Shown: one piece after another, positions 34,653-50,425 of the stretch
How the letters are laid out: each line of letters starts with the position of its first letter
How positions within the stretch are numbered: position 1 is the stretch's first letter
Source of the DNA: Chrysomallon squamiferum
Taxonomy: Eukaryota; Animalia; Mollusca
NCBI GenBank assembly: GCA_012295275.1
Contig: CM022669.1
Span: forward strand, 15,500,001-15,564,000
Length of the DNA: 64,000 nt
Reading direction: 5' to 3'
Translations under genes and position numbers: made by a program
The notes under the pieces: generated by a model
Databases searched by the model: none
Told to the model about the DNA's origin: nothing
The model's input: the letters and a program-made list of their open reading frames with translations, nothing else

Positions 34653-37600
34653 CTGTTTATGCGTATGTGCCTCATCAGGAACAGAACAATAATTAAAATA
34701 ATAATAATAATAAAAATATAAAATTTGGTACACCATTATCCGAGAAATAAAAGATAACATTAGTTTTATAATAATAATAATAATGATGATGCTGATGATG
34801 ATGATAAAATAAACAACATAACAATAAACAGAGATCTTCCCAAAACAATCGTTCGCTTATAATAAATATACATACAGACTCACAAAGTCAAAAATATTAA
34901 CATAGATAAACAAGCAAGTCTGTGAATGTTGCAAACAACACAAAAGCGCTAAAACAAAACTAAAAAACCCCAGCAAAAAAACATACAGTCAGCCATAAAC
35001 ACAATACAAGCAAGCACAAAAACAGACAAAAAATCAACAAAGACACGCAAAAACGAAAACAAGCACATTAAGTATACATAGAAGCCGTATAGAAACCCGT
35101 AAATAAATGCACCGAAAATATTATTACTTGCATAGAATTGGTTTATAACTGTTTTATAAATGTTTTTTCACTTTGTTTGTACATATTTACATCCATAATT
35201 AATACACACAATACACATATCTATGTACATACAATTGACGTATAATGTTGTGATCTATAACGTACTTTAATATCTAGTTCAAACGTATTACAGTTTTCAA
35301 ACTGCATTCAGTTAAAACAGGAATGCGAGATAATAATTAACAGGCGAATTCAGTAAATTTTGCTTTCATTTTATATATTAATTATTTAAAATTATATTGT
35401 TACAAAATGAATGCAATGCACTGAACTGGTTCATTGTATGCAGCTGGCAAATGTATTTTATAAATGGAATACGTACAGAAGAGGTGAAAAGATGTAAATA
35501 ATTTTATGTTTCATTTGCAAAGCTTGCTTTGTTTTTTAATTTTACCTCTTGAAGAAAAATGGCATAAAAATATATATATATATATAATAATAATAACTTG
35601 ACAAAGACAACAACAACAACTACAACAACTACAAACTAATAATAAATAAATAAACAAAACAAAAAAGATAATTAAATAAAATAAAATAAATGGCGAAAAT
35701 GGTCTATTTGTCTATCTGTGCACCTGTCTTTGTATGTACATATATATGTGTATTGTGTGTATTAATTATGGATGTAAATATGTACAAACAAAGTGAAAAA
35801 ACATTAAAATGGATATCGTGACCACTGCGTTGCTGAATGATTTACTGCTGTTTTTATAATGGATATACCAGTTAAGCAGTATAATACATCTCCAAGAGTT
35901 CTGTATGAGACAGCTAAGCCAGAACACAACAATTTAATTATCCTTATCCTAATAAACATTCTAGCTGTGGCAGTCAAACAAACGTATGCAGAAAAAAAAA
36001 AAAAAAAAAAAAAAATCTTCAAAACATAAAGAGAAAACTGAAAAAAAAAAAAAAAAAAAAAAAAAAAGGCCCGGTACTTATGAATTTGTATTGTTCTGAA
36101 CCTTAGACATAAAAGAATGTTAAAAGCAAAAAGACAAAACAAAGGTTGTTTTATATTCAGCTCACAATCAGTTTGTATTGTTGGTAACCACGATATAATG
36201 CATGTTAAGAACGTATTTTGTTTTACAAGCACACTGATGTATGGTTTTTTTTTTTTTTTTTTTTTATGTTCATCATTTCGTATTTTTAATCACAGTTTCC
36301 TAAGAAAATCTGCTGCATTTTAAAGCAAAATGTCTTTTTGAACGGAGTTCCAACAACAAGGCACTTCGTACCATATCCTCTGAAATACCATACAAAAGGC
36401 GTTAGCAGAGATGGAACTATTCTTAAAAGTCCCTGTGATAAATAGATATTAAACTGATCGCTCATTAGCGGTATGTGTTAGTGACGCCCATACAACTAAG
36501 ATCTGCTTACGTTTTCTTTAAGTGAAGTTTGATTCTGTCATTTAATTGTTTATATCAAAGATAATCGTCATTTTATTGTATTCTATTTTTATTTATATTA
36601 GAAACGTGTACTTCATATATAAAATGAGAACAGACAAATGTCTTTTGTTTGTTATAAAATGAATCTATGAATATAACAAGCCTAAACACGTTTTAAATTT
36701 TGACGTTTATTAATGTAAAATACTTTTGATTGTGTCTTATAATGATGATCTGAAATGAAACCCTTTTTTTCCACAGGCTGTTATTTTTCCAGTAGCAGCA
36801 AGGTATCTTTTATGTGTTTGCTTTCATTGATAAGAGGGGTTCAGGAGTGTATTTTATATGGAGGGTTATCGCTTAAGGAGGTTATCCACAGAAAGGCATT
36901 TTATAAATTAATCCTAGCGCACGTGTTAGAACGTGAAATAAATTCGACGTATCGCACCTTCTATCAACAATCCATCAATTTAACTGTAGCCCGCCCATTA
37001 GCCCATATACGAAAGAACAAAAAATAATAACAATAAGAATAAAATAAAATAAAATAATAGAATTAGGGCAGCTGTCTTCTTTTGTACTTCTTGCATTATC
37101 GTTTTATTTTATTTCCGTCTGTCTATTATTTATAATGTTTTTGTTTATTCGTATATTACATTCACTCTGTTATTGTTTTCATGAGTGTATATTGTTTTTT
37201 GTTTTTTTCTCTCTTTATCTTCTTCCGTTAACAGTTGTTTTTAACCCATTTATTATCTCTGTCTCTTTTTTTCCCTAATATTTTTATTTATTTGGAGTAT
37301 GATTGATATTCTCTTCGTTTTTTGAAAGGGGAAGAATGGATGCGTATTCACGAATCTTTTGTCTTGTATTTGTACAGAATGGACAAAATACATGTATTTC
37401 AGAAACTCCTAAATGTAGGTTTCAAAATGATATAAATCTTACTGAATTATGATGACTCGAAATAGAATTGTTTCACCTTTTAAAATGGATGGATGGCCTT
37501 CATTTGTGTACGTGCATCTATATATGTGTGTATATTTATGTATGTATGTAGGTATGTATGTTTGTGTGTGTGCGTGTTTGTGTATATGTCTGTGTGTGTG

Positions 37601-37744
37601 TATATGTAATTTTCATATTTATTATCACTAACCTTTTTTTAACAAGTTCATGCCGAGAATACATTTAGAAAAGATATTAATAGACTAGTTAGAATTATCT
37701 TTCTTTTGTTGGTAAAATAATCACAAAAACTCAAAATAATACTA

Positions 37745-37783
<39 letters not shown>

Positions 37784-38779
37784 AATAAAAATTTATAAAA
37801 ATAGAACGCTCTTGCACTAAAGGCTGTACCGCAGCTTCATTGACTTGTCTTTTAAGCGGGTCACTTTTTTTTTCATTCAAGAGTTCAGCAATACCTATTA
37901 CTGAGCCATGAAAAAATACATCTTACGCTTCGTCGTAAACTAATACATTTGTACACTAAGGTTAGTTTTCAAGAAGACATTTTCAGAATCTCTTAAAAAA
38001 AAAAAAAAAAAATCACTGACGAAACGTCTTTAGATTGTCGAACAAACCTTACAGCCTCTCGAACAGCGATAAAAGCAAAACATTTTTTTAATGCAGGCAC
38101 TACTGACAACGTTCCATCAACCGTTCGTCTTTGAAAAAGGTCCAAGTAGCTTCAGAAGTGCAAATAATTAAATTTTCTCACTGCTGCGTTTTGTTTTCGA
38201 TTCGCTGATTATCAAAATTAAATCGACACGCCGGCTTTTAGCACTAAAACTGGTGTACAAAAATCTTTTACTAATGACGCGTGGAAGATTTCTGGTAATA
38301 AACGGTGGTGTCCGCCTCTGAAAGGAACGCTTCGGGCGACATGACGTTGTGTGAATTGATTTTCGCGTGCACGTGTTAAACCCAGTCGAATCGCTAAGGT
38401 CACGCTGATTAGCGTCGGTAAGAAACGTTGTTCCCGGTCGGATTTGTGAGGACTAACGTGATGTTTTTACAAGGCGTTGCGGGATGAGCAGAGCGATGAT
38501 GATGTGACAACATTCCTGTTTACTTTTCATTAGATTATAATTTTTTTTTTTTTTACATAACGACGTGAATCAATGAATGAATGAATGGATCGATGGATGC
38601 ATGAATGAATGAATGAATGAATGAATGAATGAATGAATGAATAATGTGTGCCTAAATAAGAAATATATATCATTAAACTGACGAATGAATGCTAATGAAT
38701 AAAAAAAACACACCAACAAGTGAATGAATAAATAAATTTAAAAAACAAATTGATATTACCTATATATATATATATATAT

Positions 38780-38871
<92 letters not shown>

Positions 38872-39349
38872 GTTTTTGTTATTATTATTGTTTATATATA
38901 TCAAAAACAATTTTAGTTACTTTTGGCATATTTAATTACATATCCTTCATTGTCCTGAAACTGTGTCTATATTTTAAAAACAGTATTTTGTTAAGGCATA
39001 ATTATACATACAGCTTAATTATAATATACATACACCTATTAATGCTGTTACCCTTTGGTATCCTCTTATTGCTTTCTGTTGCCATATTTATTAACATCTA
39101 TACATTCATCGATTATGCATGTTTTTTTGGAGTGGTCTTTATCTTTGTACTAGAAACACTCTTTTTAAAACCGCTCTCCTAGGTTATTCACATTTGATGA
39201 AAATCTTTACTGGTGTGTTTGCGTACACATGCCTTGAAAGTGCATTTAAAAAAGTATTATTATTTTTTAATGTATTTTTTTCTCTTTTTTAATACGAAGC
39301 ATAATCATTTGGGCAGACAGTATCGAGGCGGGTTTCTTCTTTCTTCCTA

Positions 39350-39382
<33 letters not shown>

Positions 39383-40894
39383 CATCATCATCATCATCAT
39401 TATTAATCACTAGAATAACATCCAGATTAATTTTAAAATAAGTACCGTAACCAGTCATTCATTCATTTATTCATCCATCCATCAATCCATCATACATCAT
39501 CCATCCATTAATTCGTCCGTCATCCACCCACCCATTCATTCCTCGCTCCCTATTGTCCCAGAACGCAGGATTTGCTTCATTTCTTTCATTTATCTCTTCG
39601 CCCGTCTACACTTCGATATTGCACTCTTTTCCTTGCCAAAAATCATCTCCGCATGTCTGTCCGTCTGTCAACATGCCTGCCTGTTACACGGTCGGATGAT
39701 CTCGTTCACAACACAGCGATATATAATTGTTTTCTTCATGAAACATTTTCTGAAGAGTAAATGTTGATAGCAACGATATAATAGCTTTACTGTTTTTGTT
39801 TGTTTTAGAGAAAATGTAATTATTGGAAAACAATCAAATGTAACACACAAAACTTAAATTCTGCTTCTAGTAATACAGCTATTACTGCTGCCACAACTAC
39901 TACTACCACTGCAGCAGTTTCTGCAATTACTACTACTGCTGCTCTGCTGATACTACTACTACTTCTGCTACTACTACAACTACTACTACTAATAATAAGA
40001 AGAAGAAAAGTAGAAGAAGAAGAAGAAAAAGAAGACGACGAAGAAGAAGAAGAATAATATTTAAAAAGCAAACAAACAAAAAACAACAACAAAAAAAATA
40101 CAACCTCCAAGGACAAATATTAAATAAATTCACAGTAAGAAAAGAAACTAATAATAACATACAAAAAACAACAACATTAGAGCGAACCACTAACGCGGAA
40201 CCAAACTGGCAGTTTAAAGGATTATGTTACTGAAATCTTCATAAACAAAAGTAATTTTGCACGGCGACGGTTTCTCGAAAAATTCCGCCATGATGCACCG
40301 ACATGGCGTGATGAATTGTTTCTGCACGTTCATCCTAGATGAGCCGAATAGCATTCACAATGATTAATAATCAGCAACTCTGATCAAGCGAGGACATAAT
40401 TAGCTGATGCACAGAACATGTTTTCTATCAAAAAAAAAAAAAAAGTCAACATGACGTCCGATTTTTTAAACAGAATGTCCGTTATTGATGTTATTAAGCA
40501 TTTCCTGCCCGACATTTTGATGTAAATAGAATGTGCGTGTTTTGGAGAATGTTTTTCAGATTAGCGTATTGAAATACACAATATGTGTACACAGGGACTG
40601 AACATTTGTGTATGTATATATTTTTGCATTTGTTCTTTTAAATACTGAAAAATGTACTGCTTCCTTTGATACCATACAAACCGAGTATAAGATGAAAAAC
40701 GATATTACGTATATCATCAAAAACCAGAATTCGGAGTGAAAGTTCTGTCGGTATGTGAGTGTGTGCGTGCATGTATTTATATAGTGTATGTATATATATA
40801 TATATATGTCTGTGTATGTGTCTGTCTGTGTGCTTGTACCTGTATATGTGTGTGTTTTTATGTGTATGTGAAAATGTGTGTATTTGTGCGTATG

Positions 40895-40941
<47 letters not shown>

Positions 40942-41395
40942 GTCTTCACTAACTCAGATGGCTTTTTGTTTCAAATCATATTAAGAAGTTTTATCAGAGG
41001 TTTTCAGAATAACAGTGAGAACGAGTTAAATATGACACGAGCCCATCCAGCCTTTATCGTGAAACAATAGTCCCTTTGTGATCTACTTTCATTCCAACTA
41101 TTGTTCCGCGCCTGGCACATGCCAGTTTGATATATATATATATATATATTTTTTTTTTTCTATGGAGTTTTTAGTTTTTATGTGTCTCTGTTTGTATGTG
41201 TAGGAGTGAGAGTGTATGTTTTATATCTGTGTGAATATGTATGTATTTATAAGCACATACACACACACACATATACGTACGTACGTACATACATAAACAC
41301 ATACATACAGACAGACAGAAAGACAGACATATATATCCAATGTAAATTACTGACTTTACAAAACAGAGGATTTATTATTATTATTATTATTATTA

Positions 41396-41442
<47 letters not shown>

Positions 41443-42019
41443 TATTACGTTTCAAAAATCTATTCGATAAACCTATTTTATTAACCTTGAAAAATTATAT
41501 TAAGTTTTAAAGATGGAAACGTTTTAAGAGTTAATGTTTTTATTTTTCCTTCAAATTCAGATGGACTCTAATTTCATTAAAAAAAAAATAATAATAATAA
41601 TAATAAAAAAAAAAAAATAATAAAAATTTAAATTATAAAAAAGAATGCATTTCGTCACCGTATTCAGAAATGGTCGCAATGACAACCATGACGTCATCAA
41701 TTTGTCTCATTACGTTGTTTAATAACTCCTCGTATTTCTTTAGTGATAACCATCATTAACTGGATTCTGTTTTTATAACTGATTTCTTTCTCTTTTTAAT
41801 TTTTTTTTTTTTCAGGAATTTGTAATACACTTTTTATTAGTTTTCAGAAGAAGAGAGAGAGAGAGAGAGAAGTAACATCACATCCGACCTCTCCAGTTCG
41901 TAGTAGTTACATTTACTCTGTGAACATACATCCTTTTTTGCAGTTGGCGCATTAGATACTTTCTCGTAGTTAACATAAACATTATTGGTTATATTCACTG
42001 AGAGATCGATTCGCCTTTT

Positions 42020-42510
42020 CATTGATTCAGAAATTTATTACCTTGTTCATTTATTCATTCATTCACTGATTCACAAATTTATTACCGCGTTCATTTATTC
42101 ATTCGTTGATTCATTGATTCATTCATTGATTCTTTTATTCGTTCACTGATTCGCAATTTTCTTAACTCGTTCATGTATTCGTTAGTTCATTAACTTTCTT
42201 TTATTCATTAATTTATTCATTCGTTCATTTGTTCGTTCATTCATTGATTCACAAGTTTATTAGCTAGTTCATTTATTTATTCGTTCATTCGTTCGTTTAT
42301 CCTCTTTATTTCTTTGATTGCTTCATTCATTTACTTGTTTCTTCACTGATTTATTCTTTCACTGACTGATTCGTTCATTGATGAAGTCGTTTACTTCACT
42401 GACTCATTTATTTCGCTTGTTGGTTAGGCAGTTCGTTCATTGACGTATTTATTGATTCAGATACACGGTACTTGCTTTTTCATTCATTCTGTTCCTTTTT
42501 CATTCATTCA
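42020..42510. repeat. Degenerate (ATTC)n low-complexity tract
   Basis: Recurrent TTCATTCA / TTCGTTCA / TGATTCAC motifs. Confidence 0.8.
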
Positions 42511-43235
42511 GTTACACACATTAGATTATAATAAGTTGTTGTTCGTTCGCAGTTATTCACAGAAGCAGTCTGATATATCGCCTTTGGCGAAATTCCTAAC
42601 ACGTTATACACACCAGCACTGATTAAACAGTACTTAAAAAAACATCACTTTTCATCATGGGGTGCAATTTTTCTTCTTCACCGGAGAGATCACAAATGTA
42701 TTAAAAAAAAAAAAAAAAAAAAAAAATCGTGATGGCGCCTCACAACAGTTTGAGAAATAAAGAATAAAAAAATAAGAACATTTCGACGTGTCAGTTTATT
42801 TATAAACAATTTTTTGGTTTGTTTTAAAAGTGAACGCAGGGCAATTATTATACCATAATAGCTAACATTGACGGATTAGATCATAATGTACGAACATGAT
42901 AGTTAACACAGTTTCCAGATAAACATCAAGATTACCCGTCTCAGATATTATTATTTCGGGGAAGAGGGATCATAAAAAAAAAAAAAAAAAAAATTGCTGG
43001 TAAAAAGGGAAACACGGTCAACAGTATCGTAAGATCTAATTTATATATTGTGAACGTTTTGCTTCTTTTTTTTTCTTTCTTTCTTTTTTATTTCTTATTT
43101 CTTTTTCTTTTTTTCTTTTTTTTTGGAATGTAAAAACGAGTTTGCTTCAGTTCATCTGTTTTAAATCTCGGATCCATACTAGGAAAGTATCGCAAATTAT
43201 GAAAAAAAAGAAAAAAAGAAAAAAAAAGAAGGCAG

Positions 43236-43258
43236 TACTACTACTACTACTGCTACTA

Positions 43259-43296
<38 letters not shown>

Positions 43297-43383
43297 ACTA
43301 CTACTACTGCTACTGCTACTGCTACTGCTACTGCTACTGCTACTACTACTACTATTACTACTACTACTACTACTAATAATAAT
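43236..43383. repeat. (CTA)n/(CTG)n trinucleotide microsatellite
   Basis: Direct inspection; produces the poly-Leu track ORF. Confidence 0.92.
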
Positions 43384-43410
43384 GTGGTGATACTATAGTT
43401 GCTGTATAGT

Positions 43411-43548
43411 ATAGTGACGTAATAATTCTTAGTTAAGGAAGTCAGGTAATGATTCTTTTTGAATACCGTGACGTAATGTTTCTTCATTTGATGTAGTGAC
43501 GTAATGTTTCTTTATTTGATGTAGTGACGTTGTAGTTCCTATTTGATG
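43411..43548. repeat. Degenerate ~28-bp tandem repeat, ~5 copies, most containing TGACGT(AA)
   Basis: GTGACGTAATGTTTCTT(C/T)ATTTGATGTA units follow a CTA/CTG trinucleotide tract. Confidence 0.75.
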
Positions 43549-44038
43549 TGATCGGAGAGTTTCCCTTAGCGACTCATTCATTCACGTTCATTCATTCTGT
43601 TAGCCGTTCAAGAAATATGTGTGCGCACTTACATGCCCGTGCGTGCGCGCATTTTCCTTTTCATCGTTAATCGTGCCGTGACCAGCATTTTTCAAAAGAA
43701 CATCGTCTAGCTAGCTAACATCCTGTCTAATTGGCGTCAGAAAAACGAGATTAATTTAAACCAGACTCAATACCCCAAAGACATTTAGAGTTCATTAAAT
43801 ATTCAGATCCTCTTTTATTCGTGAATTCCGTTTTATTTGTCGTAAATGTATTCGAAATTTTCCACTTCTTTTTTTTAAAGAAGAGAACAATAAAATATTT
43901 ACTTTGGAAATAGAATGCATATATATATTATTTGTCGTATATTGTTGTTATGTTTGTTGTTTGTTTTAGTGTGTATGAATTTGGATGTTTTTTTTTTGTT
44001 TTTTTTTCATTCATTTTTTTTTTTAAATTGTGTATTTG

Positions 44039-44071
<33 letters not shown>

Positions 44072-44199
44072 TGTTTTAATAATAATTATTACAAAGTTAT
44101 CCTTAACAATCATGTTCTATTTACGGAGAAAACTTATTTTATTCCTTTGAATACAGCTTTGATTCACGGAACTCTCTCAGGAACGGAAAATAACGTATG

Positions 44200-44270
44200 C
44201 AGCCCCCAACGAGTATTGATCCTGTGTTTCGTAATACCTCACACGATGTTCTACCAGTGAGCACCGATGC
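44200..44270 (-). mobile_element. Possible decayed tRNA-derived SINE head
   Basis: Minus strand GGTGCTCACTGGTAGAACATCGTGTGAGGTATTACGAAACACAGGATCAATACTCGTTGG has an A-box-like and a B-box-like motif at Pol III type-2 spacing; both are degenerate. Confidence 0.35.
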
Positions 44271-45213
44271 AGACTAGCAAATTAAATTCCTTTTACAACT
44301 CATTAACAGGATTGTACCCTACCTTATGAAAATAGTTCACTCAAAAACAAATCGCGCAACATATTCCACTAAAACCAGTATGTAATTTTAATGACAATAT
44401 TTGTCTTATTTCTTAGGCAAGGGTAGTTATAGATTATCGATAATCTTTTCATTTCAAGTTCTGCGGAATGTAGTACTATCACACTTTTACACACCACAAA
44501 ATAGGATTAGTTTTTGACCTTAATAAGAAACAATGAATTTTTGTTTTTGATTTTTAATTTTTGTTTTTTTAATCACGTCAGAAGTAGATAATAGTTCCGT
44601 TATTCTGTATTTATAATATAATATATCCTTTGTAAAATAATTAAACTTTGTTTTCGTTCTTTTCTGAAACACAGCAAAAGAAGGAAAACGTAGTACTTTA
44701 ACAGAAACCGAGGCCAGTTCAGAAAGTTCGCAAGAGAAGAAGCACTTCACCAAATCTGATAACTATCTGGGCGAAATAATTGGTAAAAGATCCTTGGAAG
44801 TGTTCTAGTCAGACATCTTGTCTAGATGACTCGTTAATAAATGGTGACACGGAACTGCCTTTTTCGAGTCGCACAAAACTGTTGTATATACGAAACAGTT
44901 TCATTAACTTTGGGCCGTGTTTTAGGCTGACCTATTGCTGCAAGAAGTTTCAGACGAAATCGCTAGGTGTCGCTGCCTAATTGGAATTATTCAGTCGAGT
45001 GATATTTGATTGACTTTTCCTCAAGATGTCGACTGGAAAATTGGAACCGGTGCGTTTTGTACACTGGGCAAGCTGTTATTAGTTTGGAGAAAATGTTCAG
45101 TTTTCAAAACGAACTCGACAACGTAATATTTGCATATTCAGGGTTCCGGTCATCGGCTTTTGTACTTGAGTTGTAAGCTGATTTCTTTCTTTCGTTTTCC
45201 TTGTTTGATTGAT

Positions 45214-45244
<31 letters not shown>

Positions 45245-45919
45245 TTATTTGAAATGTTCGTTCACTGTTGTTTCAGTTATTTTCACACTCTATCTCTCTA
45301 TCTATCTTTATATGCCTATCTATGTATATATCTGTCTCTCTATCTACGTATATACCTTCTTATGTAACTCTCTATATGTCTACCTATCTTTCTCTTATTT
45401 GCATGTATTATCCCATTTTTCTTTATTATTTTTTACTGTGTATTTCTGTATTTGTTTTTCAGTTTTTGTTTTATACAATTATTATAAAGCAGCAACATTT
45501 GATATCATGAAACTACTTTCCTGAAACTGACGGAAGAAACTTACAGGCAAAAATACATGTATCATCAGATAAAGAACATTTGAGCCTATTGGTCAAAAAG
45601 AAGAAAAAAAAAAAAAAGAAATAAAAAAAATTAATCTGAAGATCAATAGATATTGATTACCTGAAGTAAACATGGTAAGAAAACACACAACACAATGCAC
45701 ATACTACATACTTTATCTTTCACATACTTTATCTTTCTGTGGGCTTTAAAAACAAAGCAATATCCATCATGAAAATCTACTTATCCCACGCCTGACCTGT
45801 TTTTCATGCCTAGATTACATGTACTACTAACAAACTTATAATGGGCCGGTCAAGATTTGAAGACCAGGTGAAATCCTTGTGAAGATTTAGCTTGCATGAA
45901 ATAATGAATTTTCATTATT

Positions 45920-46008
<89 letters not shown>

Positions 46009-46940
46009 AAATATATCGATCATTAAAAGAAGGTTGAGTTCAAATCTGAATATTAAACTGATTACTCTCACTTGTTCCTAAATATAGCGATGATTTTGTT
46101 TTATCTTATAAAAAGCTTTCGAGTAGCAGGATAATTTATCTAGCACGCACTTCTGCAAAGGAAGTTATTTGTACTGAATGTTTAGCTATGCTTACAATAA
46201 GTACATTGGTAAACTGGTTTGAAATTAATATAAACGGCAACGAAGGATTATGTGTGCAGCAGATGTAGCTGCAATTTCTTTTCATATTGGAAAAGTTTTT
46301 ATTTCCTTCCTTTTTGTTATATCTCATCTGAATTCTAAATTATGCTATGATAAAGCAGAGGATTTATTTGTTAATATTAGGTAATATTATGTGTATTTTT
46401 AATTATATATATCTCAGCATAGTTGCTTTTACTTATATTTAATCTATATTAATATTATCAGTACATAGGTGTTAATTACAGAAACCGTTTTATTAATAGT
46501 CGTAATACAGACCTATTTCCATTATTTCTTTTTCATAATCCACATAACATTTTTTTTTTTTGTATTTTTGTTTTGTTTTTTGTCTCTGTTACATGTCTTT
46601 TCCTGTATCAGAAAAAAGTGAAAACAGAGAAAATGGATCAACGGATCTCTTATAATAGAATTAAAAGAGTTTTCTCGCTCAAGTTAAGCCGCTGGCTGAT
46701 CTGCTCTGAGTGAGAAGGTTAATTTACAGAATTGAAAATTTCTAAAGCATTGTTACACTGGCGTGTGCATATAAATTTAAACTTGCTACCAGATGGAGTT
46801 ACACATATCCATTTCATTTATTCTCTCTCTCTCTCGTTTTTTTTTTCTTCTCTTGGTCCATTGGTCTTCGTCACTTGTATTAATTAATTAAAGTTTCTGT
46901 CCTTTTTTTTAACCAGACAGTCTAACTGAGTTTCGTGCTA

Positions 46941-47085
46941 GGTAGGTTCAGCGAACTTATTCTTCTGTTAAATGTCAGCTAAATTTTTTTCCGGTAAGTT
47001 TAAGCTACATTTTGTCTTGATAAGTTCAGCTATATTTTGTCTCTGATAAATTCATATCAGTTTCGCCTCTGATCGGTTCAACAAT
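46941..47085. repeat. Degenerate ~26-bp tandem repeat, ~5-6 copies
   Basis: Units resembling GATAAGTTCAGCTATATTTTGTCTCT. Confidence 0.6.
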
Positions 47086-47614
47086 TTCCTAAGTTACTTT
47101 TTTAGTGTTCGGAAAATTTCTTTTCACGGATAGCCATGGATTAGTTTATTAAGTTCTTGTTTGATCAGTTACCAATTTGGAGCGATTGGTGTAACTGCTG
47201 TGTTTGTGTGGGCTTGTTTATATCATGCTATGTTACGTTTTGATGGGTTTACAATGGTATGAAGTATTATGCGACTATATTATTGCTTTTAACACTCACC
47301 GTGTTACAGCCCGGGGTTCATAAAATATCACCAGAGAAGTATGTGCAAACAGTTCAAAGAGAAATTCCATTAAGACTGTTTTCAGCGCTTCTTGGACACA
47401 TTGTAAAGATAAAAATGTTATTATCAAAGTCTGAATACAGAACGAAAGCGCCGGCGAAGAGAAATGAATATGATATTGAAATGTAGTATTTAGATAAAAA
47501 AAGCATTAAACATTAGCAATATTAGAAATTATTTCTAAGATAAATCTTTAAGCTATAACACAAAGAGATAACGGAATATCTACATTTTCTTTACAAATTC
47601 AGCGTTTCTGTTTC

Positions 47615-47661
<47 letters not shown>

Positions 47662-49942
47662 GATGATAACAGTACCTAATTTATATCTCTTTAACTTCAG
47701 CTATGAAATCGATATGATAAAACGACCATTTAAAGATATTTCCGGCTTAAAACCGACTGGCTTTTATGGAGAGTATAATCCAGCAAAAAAAAAAAAAACC
47801 TTCTGCAGTAAGCTTCAAACTTCCAGGCACGTAATCCAGACGCTTGGGTCCTTCGTCCAGTCATGGCGGAAATTAGATTATGAGTCAGATGAACTGACAC
47901 ACTGGCCTAACACCCAACAGATACCTGCGATGTATTTTCCCTTCCATCGTCGTGTTTGTTCTTGCTGATGGAATTATAAGAGCTTGCCTTGGTCACAGCG
48001 AGGTCTGTGTAATGTGAAATTAAAGATATTCGTATTCGAGTAACGTACACACCGCATTCATCTGGAGTGTCGGTAGAGCTCTTCTTAATGCAATTATGCA
48101 GGAATGTAATTACGTATTGTCTTTGCTATGGCAGCCAAAAAAGATTAAGAATTAGTAACACACACGGACAGAAATAGATGGTCGTTAAAAACCTTGTCCC
48201 AAAGCGTACGTATCTGTTCCTGTTTAGACTGTAGAAAGATGTGCAGTATGACGAAATATGGACGCCAAAAAAAATAAATATGAAAGTCCGACTCTTTGTA
48301 AAAGTGGGTATGTTAATAACATACAGATAGATGCAGTACTAACAAACTGATAGTCAGTTCATTTTAAGTTAATGTTTATTTCGAACGATACATTATTAGA
48401 TTTTTCTGTTAGTCATCGTATACTATCTCTGCTGTCCATTTCGCAGTATAATGTCATCACATACAAATAGTTTCCTCCATTTTTTTAATGATTTGATGAA
48501 CTAAGAGAAAAATATTAAAACGATTATATTTCTTGTTGCTGTATGGGATTTCTCACAGTATTAATAGTTTCGAATTATTTTATACTACTAATAAAAGACT
48601 AAACATATAAAAAGTTTAAGATCGTTTTCTTATAGAGGTGTTTTTTTTTCCCTTCTTTTTCTTTGTCGAATAATGTATGAATTAGATCATTTTTCTGTTC
48701 TGTTTCAGTGTCTTCAGTCAGTGATAATCCAAAAAATTGATATTTTACAGAATTCTCTTTTCACATCATTACCAGTTTATCACAATTTTTCATGTGTTTT
48801 TTTTAAGTTTACCAAATTAATTAGACGTCGCTTTCATTATTTTTTTCCTCATCATATACTTCGTGTATACTCCGTCTTTTTTGTTTGTTTTTTCAGATAA
48901 TAGTTATCATTTTTTTCATTATTTATTTTATATTTTCTTATGTTGCTTCGACTCAAGTTTCCAATTTAAATCAGTACCATTATTTCTTTTTCTTTTTATC
49001 AAAATAATAATACAAAATAAAAAAATTCACATTAATATTTTATACAATTTTGATTTATAAATATATAAACAAGGAAAAAAAAAAAAAAAAAAAAAACAGA
49101 CACAGACGAAAAAACAAACAAGGAAAACATCTTAAGTCGTGCACACATGGACAGATTGTGCGATCCAAGACATCTCTGGCTAAGAGATATGCGTTTAAAC
49201 CACAACGATAACAACAGCAACAGCAGCAGCAGCAGCAAAACATAAGCAAGTACTGATGAGACATCGGTTAGAGGTTAATAATCATTCAACAAATTTACAG
49301 TGGCGATTTGACTCTTTCTAGCTCAAAAAACAAAAATAAAATAAAATAACTAACTGACTAACTAAATAAACAAATAAACAAACAAACAAATATATAAATA
49401 AATAAATAATGAATAAATGAATATATTCTATTTTGTTTTATGCCTCTTTAGACCTAGTGTAAGATGTCACAGCTGGTTTGGTGTATGTTAACAACAACAG
49501 CAGCAGCAGCAGCAGCAACAAAAACAACAACAATAATAATAGAAAAGAAAAGATAAAAAAGAGAAGAAATATAACGACACAAATAACAGACAGAACACTG
49601 AAATATAAATGTAAAATAAAACAAAATAAAGAAATCGAAACCTGATGGATATTTTAGCACCAAAACAAGATGACCCTAAAGAAATGTATGTAACAATGTT
49701 ATTAATCAATTTCTGTGTAGTTAGAGAAACATCGATATTAATAAATAAATTTTGTAATCAAGATGACATCTCCTCTATCAGATGCAACACGCAATTTGTC
49801 ACCACGCAGATCAAGTGAACAATATGTTTATAAATCACTTCATTGCACTTCCTGAGACTTAACCGAAATATCGAACAGAGTGAGAAAAACATAGGCTAGT
49901 AGATACTACTCAGAGAAGGAAAGGTGAAGAGGAAAAACAGCG

Positions 49943-50068
<126 letters not shown>

Positions 50069-50393
50069 GTGACTAAGATACAAATAGAGAAAACGTGAGT
50101 GCAGAAATACAATAAATTGTTTTATTAAAAACAAGCAGCATAACAACAACAAACACATACATACATACCAACACATACACACAAATGTGTATACAAATAT
50201 ACATACATACATACACACAAACATAATTACATACATATATATATATATATACATTCAGACAGACAGACAGACAGACAAACATATTTTTTGAATGAAAGTC
50301 TTGTGTACAGCCAGAGCGATATACTATTTCAAAATAAATAAGATAGAAAAAAAAAAAAAAACAATGCCAACATCGAATCTTTGTATCTCCAAG

Positions 50394-50425
<32 letters not shown>

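Noticed and set aside
41690-41697. Isolated full CRE palindromes TGACGTCA (also ~52892, ~60480 and two inside the CDS)
   Set aside because: Isolated 8-mers without clustering or conservation evidence.
47259-47486. 75 aa ORF with a signal-peptide-like start (MKYYATILLLLTLTVL)
   Set aside because: Short, with no neuropeptide cleavage or amidation pattern; hydrophobic starts are common in AT-rich DNA.
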